DNA of 64,000 nucleotides. Origin: Ophelia neglecta (lineage: Eukaryota). Shown here one piece after another: positions 14,801-28,039 of this stretch (positions are counted from its first letter, which is position 1; the number at the start of each line of letters is the position of its first letter). Position numbers and translations under genes: made by a program. The notes under the pieces were generated by a model. It had not been told where the DNA came from, did not search any database, and saw nothing but the letters and a program-made list of their open reading frames with translations. Location: assembly GCA_965285935.1 (NCBI GenBank), contig OZ260661.1, positions 113,088,001-113,152,000 on the forward strand, in the 5' to 3' direction.

Positions 14801-16299
14801 GGTGAGTTGGCTTAGCCTAATCCTAGCCGAGTTGGCTGCATGTTGTGATTGCTTGGCCTGATCCCTCCGTGATTAAAGGCATGGCCTCCTCATCTGCCCG
14901 ACAGCTAAATACGTCATGGCCACCTCGCTAATGGAAGTAATGGCAGGCAGAAAACCATGAAAGTCGTCTGCACGGGCACCAAAGTCGTCTGCCAGCCACA
15001 ATTTTCCAGGCGCACCTCTTCACATCGCAAATTGTGTTGTCTTTTTATCAATATAGAACTTATATGGGTTGATACCTGGAATTTGACAGACTTTTGCCTA
15101 GTTCTTGGTTTCTTGAAGACTCAGAAAAGTCCCTACTGCCAGTACAATAAGTAGTTTAAGCAATTTATGTGATGAAAATAAGTAATGAAGGAGAAGCAGT
15201 TATGCAATAATGAGTTAGGCATTTTCAGGATTTTTTTTTAATGGAGGAATACAACTATGCTGTAAAATTTTGCTATAAACTTTAAGTGAAATAATTCTTG
15301 GACCTTGAAGAAGGCAAAAAATGGCCCAACTTTCTGACCTGTGCCTGTAAATACCATATCCTGTGGCCAGGCTGTCTAGAATCCATATAAAGGTGACTAA
15401 TTTGCCTAATCAAAGCATGCCCCAGGTGCCTTGATTCTCTGTGATATCACTGTGGCTCTCTACAACTTGGCTGGCCAGAGGAGGAGCCCGCCCTTGACAA
15501 CATTGTATCTCCTCTACCAGCCCCATCAAAGGCATGATGCTCTGCTACAAGCTGCTTATATGTATTATCATGTCTTAGCCAAAGTACTTGCATATCTTGG
15601 AGCATTAAATGGAATTACATAAAGAACTTAACTGCAGAAAGAAACAAACCACACAGAATAAGCCCTCTTTCTGTCACCAAGCTGGGGAGAGGGGGAGAAA
15701 AGTCCGTGATTAGTAGGTTTTCCATACACAAACTGTTGGAGTAAAGAACTAAAGGAGATCTGATCATAGCTTGATGAATTCACAAGATGTCAAATCTCAC
15801 AACTAAACCCATCAGACAATCAAAGAATTATTGTGCCAGCAATTGTCAGGATAAAGTTGTAGGGGAAGAGTTAGGAAGTCATTTGACTGGGGAGGATAGA
15901 CTTGAGCAGACAAAAAAATGTCTAGAAACCAGCAATAGTTTAAGAATTGCTAATAAGCTTAGGGTGACACACAATGATATTTTGATACAACGTAATTGAT
16001 CTACATGCGAATGACAATAAGAGTGTAAAAAGTTTAAAGTTGATCATTTGGTTTTTATCTGTAATTTGGAGCCCATTATAATATATGAAAGTCTCATTTG
16101 CCATCTTTTTATATTAATGCAGTTAGCTGCTGTAGATTTATAGGCAATGTATAATGTATAATTATATGTAGCCATATAGCCCAAATGCTTTTTTCATGAA
16201 AAGACAATTTTAGATATAACTTGGCTTTCTTTTCAATGCTACTCATGACTCCAGATCAATCCAGACTTTTATTAGTAACAGCGTCTGCTCTTGTTTCAG

Positions 16300-16396
16300 A
16301 ATTGATGAGGATGAGGAGATTGAGAGAAGACTGAATGAGAAACTGAATGAGAAGGCCGCCAGAGGCCAAGAGGACAAAAGTTGTGTTGTACAATGA
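16300..16396 (+). CDS. EHBP1: EHBP1 terminal coding exon with C-terminal CaaX prenylation box (CVVQ*)
   Basis: ttgtttcag| acceptor; phase-compatible (GG+A=Gly); encodes IDEDEEIERRLNEKLNEKAARGQEDKSCVVQ-stop (TGA 16394-16396). EHBP1 family proteins end in a CaaX motif. Confidence 0.95.
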
Positions 16397-16556
16397 AAAT
16401 ACAGCCAGAAAGAAAACGGAATTTTTACACAGGTTGATGTCCTCAGTCAGGTCATCATGCCTTATGGTGGTGAGAGAAGTGAGTGTGAAAAAAGATTAAC
16501 TGACAAGCCATATATACAGCTAGAAGTCTGATTGCTGTGTTATCGGACAGACTGTG

Positions 16557-16604
16557 AATTGTGATGATTTGTCCACGTTAAATTGTGATGATTTGTGGAC
16601 GCTA
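16557..16604. repeat. 24-bp tandem duplication in the 3' UTR
   Basis: aattgtgatgatttgtccacgtta / aattgtgatgatttgtggacgcta (3 mismatches). Confidence 0.85.
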
Positions 16605-17163
16605 ACGGTGGTTGAAATAGTATGTTGATGAGTCACTACTCTTCAAAATCAAGACAGTATTTCAGAAATGTATGAGCATTTTATTAGAATTTGTTACAAG
16701 CTTTGTCAGTGCCCTTATATGCTAGGTTTAATTGGTTCAATGCATGGCCAAAAGATGCATTTTTTGAAGAACATTGTTACATTTAAACAATCATGGTCAG
16801 TGGTTAAAGCTCCACTTAATATATAATCATGATTCCATGCTTTTGATCGTTGGTTCAGTACTTATGTTATTTTCATGTGGTGCTCTTTATTTTGAGATAT
16901 ATAGTTTGTTGTTGTTTTTAGTTTATCTCAATGTCCGGGCCATGTTTTAAAAAGTATGATTGCTCCAATACTTAATGATTTAGAATAATAGCATAATTTG
17001 TTAGGAAATATAGTAAATATTTTGTAATTGCCAGTAGTTAAGACATGTATATGTAGCTCAAACTTTTTACACATATATGAATGCAACCATTATGTCAACT
17101 TTGTCCCAAGGATTATTGGTGCCATATAATTTCACTGCTGTTTGGATATAATGTACCAAAGAA

Positions 17164-17225
17164 AACTTAATTTTCAGATTTTTTTTTTGAACAGAACTTA
17201 ATTTTCAGATTTTTTTTTTGAACAG
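17164..17225. repeat. Perfect 31-bp tandem duplication in the 3' UTR
   Basis: aacttaattttcaga(t10)gaacag repeated twice exactly. Confidence 0.9.
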
Positions 17226-18463
17226 TAGGCATATTTGATGTTAATTCACCATTTGTTTAATAATTTTATACCCCTTATAACGTGATGTATCATTTACAAT
17301 ACTAGTTGACTGCTTTTTATTGGCAAATCATATTCTCAAAATGAATATGTGTTATTTAATATGCCATAGATTATCCCCAAGTAAAGGATGTGCAATTGAT
17401 AAAGCTAAATAAATACTTTCATAACATGTTTATTTAATTTATTTGGTGTTGGGAAAGTTCATACATATATTTGCTATTATCAATACAGTAAGTATATATA
17501 TGTGTGAGGTGAAAAATGCTCAGCTATGTATAGCATTAAGAATATGAAGGAAGACATTTTCTTGCTATTATTTTGAGAACTGTGTATGCAACGGTCTAGG
17601 TCTCATTCCTATCTTTTGCCTATGTGTCTCCTTTCATTGTGTACATAGTCCTAGAAGCAATACAGTCTTTGTGTACATTTTTATTAATAGATAAACCTAT
17701 GTTGAAAGTGAACATGTGGCTAAGCTGAACATAACAACTGATCCATGGGTGTAGAACAAAATTTTCTATCTGCTATATATGTTTTGTTTATGTATATGTA
17801 TGCAATGATATTGGATTATTCATCTTTGTACATTGTGAACCTGTGCGCAGATTGTTTCCAGAACTGAAGAAAATGGTGGCCAAAAACTTAAACAGTGTTT
17901 ATATTCTGCCATCTTGAATGAATTCCACTGGTATATTTTGCCAAAAATTGATAAATAGGTGCAACCTTTTCTTCAGTTTTGAATACACTTATGGTATGTT
18001 TTAAGTGCATACAGAAATATACACTATAAAACTTTCTAAATGTCGTTTCCATTATTCTGTCTAGCTTCATCACATTTGTATATATTCTCATCAAACTTTG
18101 CTACCATTGTTGTGTATTAATATTCTGATTTGACAATCTGGATCTACTTTCTTGTTGATGTCTGTGTCCATAATATATATACTGAAGTCAAATCAAGTGT
18201 GGACAGCTTACTCAAAGGAGTATAGTTTACAACAGGTACCATTTAGTTTATATGTACATGAAGGCTCTGTGGAGTATAGTGTATATTATTTGAACAGGAA
18301 ATTCCGTTTGTTAATGATACATTTTATATTATGTAACTACCTTATATTAGTATGTAAGATCAATGACATCAAATCTGTTGAACCAAACTATTCACATGGC
18401 TTCTTGATATTTGACTGGTGTATTTAGTATACATTAGATACTAGCCTTATAATTTATATTGTC

Positions 18464-18469
18464 AATAAA
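18464..18469 (+). terminator. Candidate polyadenylation signal of EHBP1
   Basis: AATAAA followed by T/GT-rich sequence, just before the shift to CpG-rich DNA at ~18.9 kb. Confidence 0.55.
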
Positions 18470-19159
18470 TATGTTTGCTACTTTATTTAAACATTTGATG
18501 GTGATATGTTTATCGTCTGCACAACATTCTCACTTCACTTAATCTGAAAATTCTCATGTTATAACAGTGTATTTATTTTCCTTTAAGGAAGGATTTATTT
18601 CTATTTCAATCACTAGTATAGGGTCTGTGGAAAGTATCATTTTTTCAACTATCATATTCTGGCCTGTTTTCTCGTATATCAGTTGTGCTTCCAACAAATT
18701 ACCTCTGAGCTGAAATGGTCATATCATTTTGACAAATCTTTGTTTCACTGGCGCTTTATGAGAATATTGGTGTTGACCCTAAAATCCTCCTTATCTGGTG
18801 ATACAGATGTGCTCAATTGGGCAAATGAGGGCTGTATCACATTCTAGTATCAGATGCCTCTCCTTTGTTCTTTAAGTTGATTTTTGAATGGTAATTAAGC
18901 CTAAATTGTTCCTTTGCAAGAACATGTCATCCACCAATCGGCCCAATTTTCCCATCTGGGTGTACCATTTCGCCCGGCTGACAGTTGACAATGCTGGCCG
19001 CGTCTTTAGCGTTCTGCCACCATTGTCTTCAGGCCCGATGGCGGTGTAAAGTAATGATGTGCTCCGTTTATTGTGTACTCCCGTGACATCCATTAGTATG
19101 TGGCACTTGACTGGCGGGGACCCACATTTCCCGTGACAACTCAGACACGGCTCTTTCTC

Positions 19160-19237
19160 GGAACATCCCCGATCCCGAGTGTCGGTAACAGACTGTCAGT
19201 TTAGATTGTTACGCGATATTCCGGGATTTGATGTTCT
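19160..19237 (+). ncRNA. Pre-miRNA-like long hairpin (candidate)
   Basis: Hand-folded: GGAACAUC/GAUGUUCU, GAUCCCG/CGGGAUU, AGUGUCG/CGAUAUU, GUAACAG/UUGUUAC; about 29-32 bp in 78 nt, with several G:U pairs that form only on the + strand. Confidence 0.35.
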
Positions 19238-21396
19238 TCTTCTGCCTAGCTCATCTTCCCCACCAAACTCTGTTATGGCGGAGAAATCGTTAATATGACA
19301 CACGCAAAGGAACGCCCAACAGGCGGTCACGCGCCCATGCTTTATCCTTGACATATATAGTGTTTATCGCAATAGGAGGACAATAACTAATAACACATTT
19401 GCTTGAAAGGCATTATGGGATGTTCAAGATTGTTAGAATTGTATGCCTTAATGCCCCTAAACGGTCCAGTGATGTGTTCTTTTAAATTATATAAGTTGAC
19501 CGATCATCTTGCAGCATGCTTCTTGGGGATATTTTGGACACATATGTTCTGTGATCTATTGCACCATTTCCTTTCGCATATCATTTGGTGTTGATACATT
19601 GGTTTGTTTTATTAAATGTCCACGGTCAGGCCAATGATAGAACTGAAACTTTGATATTAGCTTTATAGTCGCCGATAAAGTATTTTTAAATTACAATACT
19701 TTTGAATACAAGGCATTTGATCCTGTCTTTATTTTGCCGCGAGTGGGTTCAGATGGATAATCTACTTGGAAATGAATTGTTTGTCCCATCCATATACTTT
19801 CAGTGACTCTCAGTGTATTTTAAATGATCGAGAAGTGTTCAACAGCAGAGTCATTGATGTTCAGTAATTACCATGATTTTTCAATTGTTGTATACTCACT
19901 TCCCTATGCTCGTATATTGAGATATATAAAGATATATGTATTGATATACATGGGTGTTTCCGTATTCATACACGTATTTTCAAACTGTAGAAAAAAAACC
20001 AACATATACATTGTAAACAGTACACATATTTAGACATTGACAAGAACATTGTTTACTCATCATTATTTTGCGGTAGCTTGTGTATCGTATTTTGCATAAA
20101 GAGACGAAACAATGATGGCAAATATATAAAAATACCTTTATAGCTTTTGATTGTAATAATGTAGGAAAAGCCTATGTCGTTACAACTTACGTTAATAAAG
20201 TTTATCATGTTAAAAAACGATCTTTGTTGTATTGTGTAGATTAATATTACGTGATCTTGGTGGGAACTATATATCCTGTTTTTTCCGTTCAAATTGGATG
20301 TTTTCTTTTATAGTAGTTCGTTTTCTTAACATTTTGTTAACGTTTTGAAATCATTGAACCAAAGACGATAATTGTTTGATACTTTTGGGAAGATATGCAA
20401 ACATTAATATTGAATAACCAGTGATTTACAAAGGCTTCTTCCCATTGGACTCTTTTTGAGGGCCGTGAAAATATATGTCTGTAGATAGGCCAATATAGGT
20501 TTTGTATCCAACTCGCAACTTATTTGTTTTTTTTGTCAATATTTTGACAAAATTAAGATCAATAGAACAAGGTCAGCTTGGTATACAGAAATAATGTTCA
20601 GACCCAGTATGAAAAGGAATAAAAGGTTCAGCTCGTTGGATTAATATGATCTCAGCAAAATCAACATTTGTTCTAAAATAAACATTGAGGATTTCACCCC
20701 AATTTGACTTAACACTTAATTTATGAAGCAGTAAAGTTATTTACAGTTAATTTCTTGGATCAAGTAATTCATGATCATTTTTTAAAAATATGAACTTGAT
20801 TTGAAAAGAGAGTACCCCTAGATAATTAATCAAATGGTAGGTAGCCTCAATCACAGCAATACGCCTAGGGTTACAGTAGAATAATTACTAGGGTTATATG
20901 AGAAACCTACTGATGAAGTTGCAGGTTCGGTGTTGTATAACGATTACACATCTTTGTAATTTCAATTTGTATCGCAGCATTAAAATAAACGGCATTTAAA
21001 GGACCGTTAGTACAGTACTGTATATTGAGGTATATTAAAGTAAACTTATTTTCTCTCGTGTGTGAAAATACCCTCGCTGACAACAGTACCAAGAACCTCC
21101 AAAGTTATTGGTTAGTATGGAACGGAATCATGCCACTCTGAGCAGGGTAGTTTAAATATTGACTTCATGATAGTGCAGTCAGTCATCCTTACGCGAAGTT
21201 TGGCTAATCTCAATGTTTTTTCGGCCTCAATTCATGAAAAAGTTCCTCGGTTAGGCCTACCATCGCGCTAGTTGTCCTGGTACTCTTATATGGTAGAAAA
21301 CGTTTCAAAAGTGAAAGATGTCAGTACGAACATGCATGAAGTAAATCAGTGCTGTTAAACCAGTTTGTTCTACCCACAGGGTGCAGGGTCACCCAG

Positions 21397-21853
21397 CACC
21401 TAACGTGCAAGCTTAAACCCCCCTGCTGCATCTAACATGCGCTCTCTGCTATGCTGCACATATCATATGTTTTCTCCATTATTGCAACTAACATTCTCCA
21501 CACTACTGCTCCTATGAAGTATTTTCTCCATTACCTGACCTAACATGTTTTTCCTCTACTGCTGCACCTATAATGCGTCTTCTCCACTGCTACACCTAAC
21601 ATGCGTTCCCTCAACTGCTGCACCTACCCTGCGTTCGCTCCAGTACTGCATTACTGCACCTAACAAGCGTTCTTCCCAATAATGCTCCTAATAAGTGTTC
21701 TCTCCACTGTTGCACATAACATGCATTCCTTCAACTGGTGCACCTAACACACATTCTCTCCATTACTGCGGCTAACAGGCGTTACTTTCACTGCTGCGCC
21801 TAACATGCGTTCCCACCACTGCAGCACCTTACACGCATTCTTTCTAGACTGCT
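21397..21853. repeat. Degenerate minisatellite, ~16 copies of a 28-bp unit
   Basis: Consensus GCACCTAACATGCGTTCTCTCCACTGCT read directly from consecutive units; flanked by poly-C tracts. Confidence 0.9.
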
Positions 21854-22086
21854 TAAGGCTTAACCTCCCCCCCCCCCGACCCTGCCCTATAGCACTTTGG
21901 GTGAAGGATTATACCACCATCCTCCCCCCCCCCCTCCCCCATCACTCTGGGGAGCACGGTGCTTTTAGGTGCAGGTTCACCCTTTACCTTTAACGTAAGA
22001 AACCCCTCGTTCACTGCAGGGGTAAAAAGTTATGCCTACACCCAACAAAATAAACTCTCTCTTCGGATGAACACTCACCCTTCTCC

Positions 22087-22227
22087 AAAAATGACCACAC
22101 TCACCGGAAGAAGTGTGACCTTATACATCAAAAAGGACCACGCTCGCAGGGTAAAGGTGACCTTGAACCACAATGAGATCAACACTTACTGCTCAACGGA
22201 AGTGTGACCTTGCCCCAAAGGACCACT
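22087..22227. repeat. Degenerate ~43-bp repeat (about 3 copies)
   Basis: Recurring ...GTGACCTT...AAAGGACCAC blocks. Confidence 0.45.
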
Positions 22228-25200
22228 TAAATTTTGTGCCTTTGTTAAACTGCCGTTACAGAGTTTTAAAACAATACTGTGCCTTTACATGGGTAAAATG
22301 CGAACGAAACCACTGGGCGACAGGGCAGATATTTAACATAATATTCAAAATCGAAAAGTGCGACAAGCTGGTTTAAAAAGTGCCAGGATGAAATATTTGC
22401 CTACTTTAAAATCGGAAGATATGACAGGCCTCCTTAAAAAATAGACCCATGTAGAGGTACAACAAATATTAAGCCTTGGAATATCAAACGAAGCTCATTG
22501 CGGATATCTAGTGTGTATAATCTCGTATTCAAGATTTACTAGCGAAGTAAGACACAAATTTTGGTAAATTCTAGTCCCCTTCTGGTTGTTATTATAAAGA
22601 ACTTTTAATTTTTGTTCCGTTTATTATAGGCCTATCTGTGTATTGGGTGCTGAGCACATGGTAAGCCGGCTGTAATTCCCGCTTTTTTCGCACAGTTCAC
22701 TGAGCGCAGACTCGAAAAGCAATCACGTGCTCAACGGCGCGAAAAATCCCGACATGTGCGACAGAGACCTCCGTCGATTTGTCAAGTGTTTTCTTCTCGG
22801 TCACCTCCCAGCATGCTCGTTTGTCATCGCTCGGCAGACGTTAAATTGTTCCGAAGTGCGACCTCGTCGTCTGATACGTGGAATGGTGGGCGACTTGGTG
22901 AGATAACACTGGAACCTACAGAAGCGCGAAATCACCACTTGTCTTGTCGTTTGTTTGATTTATGAGTAGACAACGCGAACTCTGCGCGCCATGGAAAGAT
23001 GTTTCCCTAAAGATAAAACGCAAATTGGACTCAACCCTGGCTTATGCTTTCCATAAAGCGGCGGCAAGCGACTGTGCTTTTGCATTCAAACGAGCTATGA
23101 ATTAAGAAAACAGGCACCGTTTTCTTAATCGTGCCTTATTAGAGAAATTTGACGTCGCGCACGAAATGGATAAAGAAAAAATATATTTCATGGAAAAATC
23201 CATTTATTTGTGTTCGAAGTCTGTTTGTCACGCTTTGCTTCTGCCTCATCATTTTCATTATCTAAATTTGAAATTAATCTGACAATGTCAGAAAAGTGGA
23301 AACTAGTAGTACATTAAACACAGCAAAATGATATTTATAGGCCCTATGAATAATTCAGGCTTCGCGGCAGCCTCTCAACATTATTTGTATTTCAGTCACT
23401 TATATTCTGGTCGATCCATGTGTTATTGTTTATTTATTATTTTCAAAAGATCTTTAGTATAACATTACATTTGACATTTAACTCCCACGCAGTTTAGGTA
23501 AAAATGCGAGGCAGGCTTCTCTTAAACTCTGACCCTCTCTCAGTTCACAGCACCCTGGCGATAAGAACTAACGTAAGAAACGCCAATGAAATATTATGAC
23601 GCAGGCACTATACAAAAGGTATATTTTTTCTTTCGACCAAGCTCATTATTTTTTTTTACAAAATCCGCCCAGAATTCGCCTAACTACAGATGAATATATA
23701 TTATGCATGAGTTGCGATATAGGGGTTCGTCGTTAAAGAAGCATGATGAAAAGACCTGTGCAATGGACATATGAAGAGATAAATAGTTGAGTTATGGTTA
23801 TATAGAGCTAAGCTAAGCTTTATCTCATATAATTTTATATTTCACTCACAAAAATCGTCGATATGCCTTTAAGACAAACAGATGGGTGGAACAGTGGTGC
23901 ATTTTGTAAAACCTATAATTGAATAAAATGAGGTGATAATGTGACACCATTATGATTTCAATAATGTAGTTACTATCCTTAAGTGGTCGTTTGGCTATTT
24001 CCGCTAAATTGCCTTTGAGATTCGGCCAAGACAAAACAAGTGTCTCGCGGGACCATTATCTCACCAATCAAGTTTGGTTGCAAGCAAAGAGGACGAAACT
24101 AAGGGGTGGGCAAAGTGGCCCAATAACTATTTCTTCACTCTTATGATCAACAAAGAAAACCTAATTGCTATGAAAATAACCCCAGGCCTGAAAGTGGCAT
24201 CACCTTTTTCTTGCTTGTAAGTACCTATTCGAAAATTGGTGAAATGGCACAAGCTCAATTAGTGGCATCATTAAATTCAATAGGTTGTTTATATAAACAA
24301 GAGCGTGTCACGAGCAAAGAGTGGCGGGAAGGAATAGCTGTCGTCTGCGCCCGGGTCAAATCGGTTGACATTCGAACAGGGTAGAGCAATGCCGCCTCCA
24401 GTCGCTTTTAAATGGAAATCTGTAACATAAACAAAAGTTATTTTGCCTCTTGTGGGAGAGAAAAGGTTCACACATATAGATATATGTACAATAGGTATAT
24501 ATAGGCCAAATGAGCATAGCCATGAATGAAGAAATGTCAAAATACGAATAATTATAGTTAATTCATACCCAAGTTATCCTAATTTTTCTAACTAACATGG
24601 AGATTTGATTGACACTTTAGAATACAAAGGAAAATATACAATGGTTCGTCAGTTATTCGTGCATAGTCTTTTATTAAGGCTATTACTTTATGGTTATGTG
24701 CTTTTCACTGGCGTTGAGTGAGTAACTCGCAAACATTTAATTTGTTTATTTTTATCTCATCAAAGAACCCGATTAGCACACATTGTTTCATTGTAATAGC
24801 ACTACCTATAATTTAATACGGTGGTACTGTGTTGAAACGTGTAACATATGTTGTGTCTCTTTCAAAGCGGGTGTAAAACAATTCTACACGGCTTGGTGAA
24901 TTTTTTTCTCTAACGTTAGAATCAAGTAATGAAAAATAAAATGAAAAAATTCATAGCCACAACCATTTCCGCACAATGCATGAAACCCTAATTGTTTTAA
25001 TGAGCTACCATAACTTTATCTATACCTGTTGCCGTTTCTGATTCATGTTGAATTGAGAGCCGTATATTTCCCATATGATACTATGCTCCAGACGACAACA
25101 AAGTTGCGCTCTCAAAGATCCGTCGCGATATCCCCCTTTCCACCACTGGGGCTAGAACTGTGGTATAGGTGTATATTCTGGCCATTTTTTTTTTGTCTTC

Positions 25201-27964
25201 TTAAGTTTTATGTGTTATTTGACATAAATATGATGCTTACAGACTTCTTTTCAATATAATTAAGCCATATATATAATTCTAATACTTGCCTGGGTCTGAA
25301 TATACATTATAGTGGACTTGGTTGTCTATTTATACATAAATAAGCACGAGCTACATGAATGCGGATGAAATTATTGAAAAGAAATGTCTACTTTTAAAAA
25401 CTATGCCCCTACAATATGAGAACAATTTACAGTGACAAAACCCTCCAATTTAACCAGAATCTTACCCCGTATAAACTTTGACAGTTGTCGGATTTAGCGA
25501 TAACGAGGAAAAGCTATCAAACTCAAATCGGCGCGGGTGTATAGGCTTGGATAGATTGACTGACAATTCAAACAAACTCGGGATACCTCGATAGCCATTT
25601 TTAATCTTGATAAGATCACTCCAATGCGATCTCCATAGGGTACATTCTGACGTCCTTCAGACATAAACTATAGGCCAGTGACATTTCTTGCTTTCAAACT
25701 TTTACCTGCGGAGAGGTTGTTTAGCGGGGGGTGAGCATACCTTGGATTAAGCCAGCAGTCTGTAATAGTCGGTGACTGGTAGGGGCATATCATATTATTC
25801 ACTCACCAGTTTAAGCCTTTGGTCTTTACCTCAAATCATTACCAAGTACATAACAAACTGAAAATGAACAATGGCACAGCAGTTAATACCATTTTCCACC
25901 CGACACAAGGGATGCGATTGAAGAGAGGTATTTACTGATTTAAGTCTCATTCTTCCACTCGACTGGGCCTAATTCCACAGAATTAAATACTAGATTGGAG
26001 TTATAGGACTCACTGATGTGGACTCCAGTCTCCTGGTAAATGTATAATGAGGGCAGCTCATTATGAAATCTTATGGAAGGGATTTGGCCCTCACCGTTGT
26101 ATGAAGTCGCAAGACATGTTGGCAGTTGTAGGGCTGTATGCAGACTTTCAACGGTCCGTAGATATTATAGGCCATATGAATATTTTTGTCTAATTCTCCC
26201 ATCCATATTTCCTAAAGAGCGTCTGTTGTCAAGCCATAAAAGAAGCACATGCTTGGATCTACAGAGGAGAGCAAGGGGTCTAGAAAAAAATCCACTTGTC
26301 TCTAGACCTTCATAGTTCATCCTCTAAAAATGTTCACTTTTACTGTAATTATACCATATTAATTAACATTCAGTGCAACGCACTTGGCAGCGTAATTATC
26401 GGATTATTCAGTGAAATCCCGCATATTTTGGTATACGTTAACATTTATTGACATTGCTATGTATCCAATTAAGTTTTCGAATTGTGTCTAAATTAACTTG
26501 CCAGTTTGTTTTTCCAATTCAAACTTCACATAGGCTGACAGTGGGAAACCCTCCCCTCTTTCTGACTGTCCATGGCGCAATAAAAACACATACCGCCGCC
26601 CAACAATGGTTGAACCAATTGATAATGATTATATTTATGTAGCAATTTCCTTGACTATTTTACTAGTGTATTATCACGAATTTGATCGACAAGTTAGAGA
26701 AATCTCATATGAAAACTTCCGTCGGCAAATTACGCATAGGTAGAAATATATCAATTCACTTACAATGTTAATTCATTTGCCGTTGAAATAGATATGCCAC
26801 GAATCTGGTCGTTGAATATAACCTTGTTAATTACCATAATGATAATTAAGTTTCGCAGTGTATTATTCTTAAAGAAAGGGCCGCAATTTACTGTGAACAA
26901 AATCAGGGTGTGTCATTATAGTCATCATGAGCTATTTAAACATTAAATATATCAAAGGATGGCGTCTATTTTCTGTTTGTACAAAAATATATTAACAACA
27001 AAACAATATTAATATATCAACAATATTATAACTCTTATAAACAATATGATACATCTAGATTCTAAAAGACAGAAAACCCTTAAATTCAGCCCGCCTTGTG
27101 AAGATTACCTGGTCAAAGCATAAACACGTGAAGCGAAAAAAAAGTGCTTTATGATTAGATTTTTCAAATGCGGTAGACAATCGACCACAGATGGTATATC
27201 CCTATAAGCTTCCGATAATATTCCTAGCCACCCTCAATACTATAGTGTCCATATTAATATCACTAATACTGGAGAGCCCACTGTCAGTTCCGATACATTG
27301 TATCTCTCTTTTGTCCTGCTAGTCTCATTTCCTGATATACCTCTCATCTCATCGCGCTCAATTTCATTAGCGTTCAGTATTTAGTCAACAACATGTGGCT
27401 AAGAACGAGGATCCTGCTTCAACATACTTTGATTCTCTGTTTTGACTTTTCTTTTTACAAGTTTTCCTTTCATCGTCCAGCCCCATGATGATGGTGAAGC
27501 ATACCTTTTCTTTGATATCCTTTGTCCATCTGGCGATTGTTTTGTCAAAAGAGAAAACGGGAAAGAGGACCAATATGTCCACTTCATATTCACGTTATTA
27601 TCCCTGATGTATCTTGCCCAGACGTTCAATTCTCTCCTATAAACCTGGCCCATTTATAAGATCTAGAAAAAATGGGAGATGAGTTTAGTGACTAAGGCCT
27701 ACATACATGGACATAAGCATTGGACGTGTTTTCAACTTATTCTCCAAGAATTTTTAAACAGGAACCAATCCGTTTTTTAGTCTTTTATTTAATACGATAT
27801 TTACCAATGAAGTGACTCAATCTTAAACAATATACAACCTACAGGTTATTATTGTCTAGTTTCAACGCATTTTCCAAATTTCGGCAAATCATCCTCGAGG
27901 GGGTGATATATAAAAAATAATAAAACTTTTTGTTTGAAATTGTGTCCTAAAGACGAGAGCAGAT

Positions 27965-28039
27965 AAATTATTGGAAATGGACTTGTCACAAATTATTGGA
28001 AATCGATTTGTCATAAATCATTAGAAATCGACTTGTATA
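27965..28039. repeat. 25-bp tandem repeat, 3 copies
   Basis: aaattattggaaatggacttgtcac / aaattattggaaatcgatttgtcat / aaatcattagaaatcgacttgtata. Confidence 0.85.

Larger units (their letters stand above)
16397..18490 (+). other. EHBP1: Probable EHBP1 3' UTR (~2.1 kb)
   Basis: T-rich, CpG-poor sequence after the stop codon, ending near AATAAA at 18464-18469. The endpoint is inferred. Confidence 0.6.

Noticed and set aside
1742-14830. Many TAATCC/GGATTA (Otx/K50 homeodomain) sites in the EHBP1 introns
   Set aside because: Roughly 40 are expected by chance in the whole window at this composition; enrichment was not demonstrated.
21397-21853. CRISPR-like periodic array
   Set aside because: Units are contiguous degenerate repeats without unique spacers, in eukaryotic DNA with no cas genes.
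27385-27653. Overlapping ORFs including KTIARWTK, reminiscent of tyrosine-recombinase sequence
   Set aside because: No downstream HxxR or catalytic Tyr motifs and no exon structure; too short to support.
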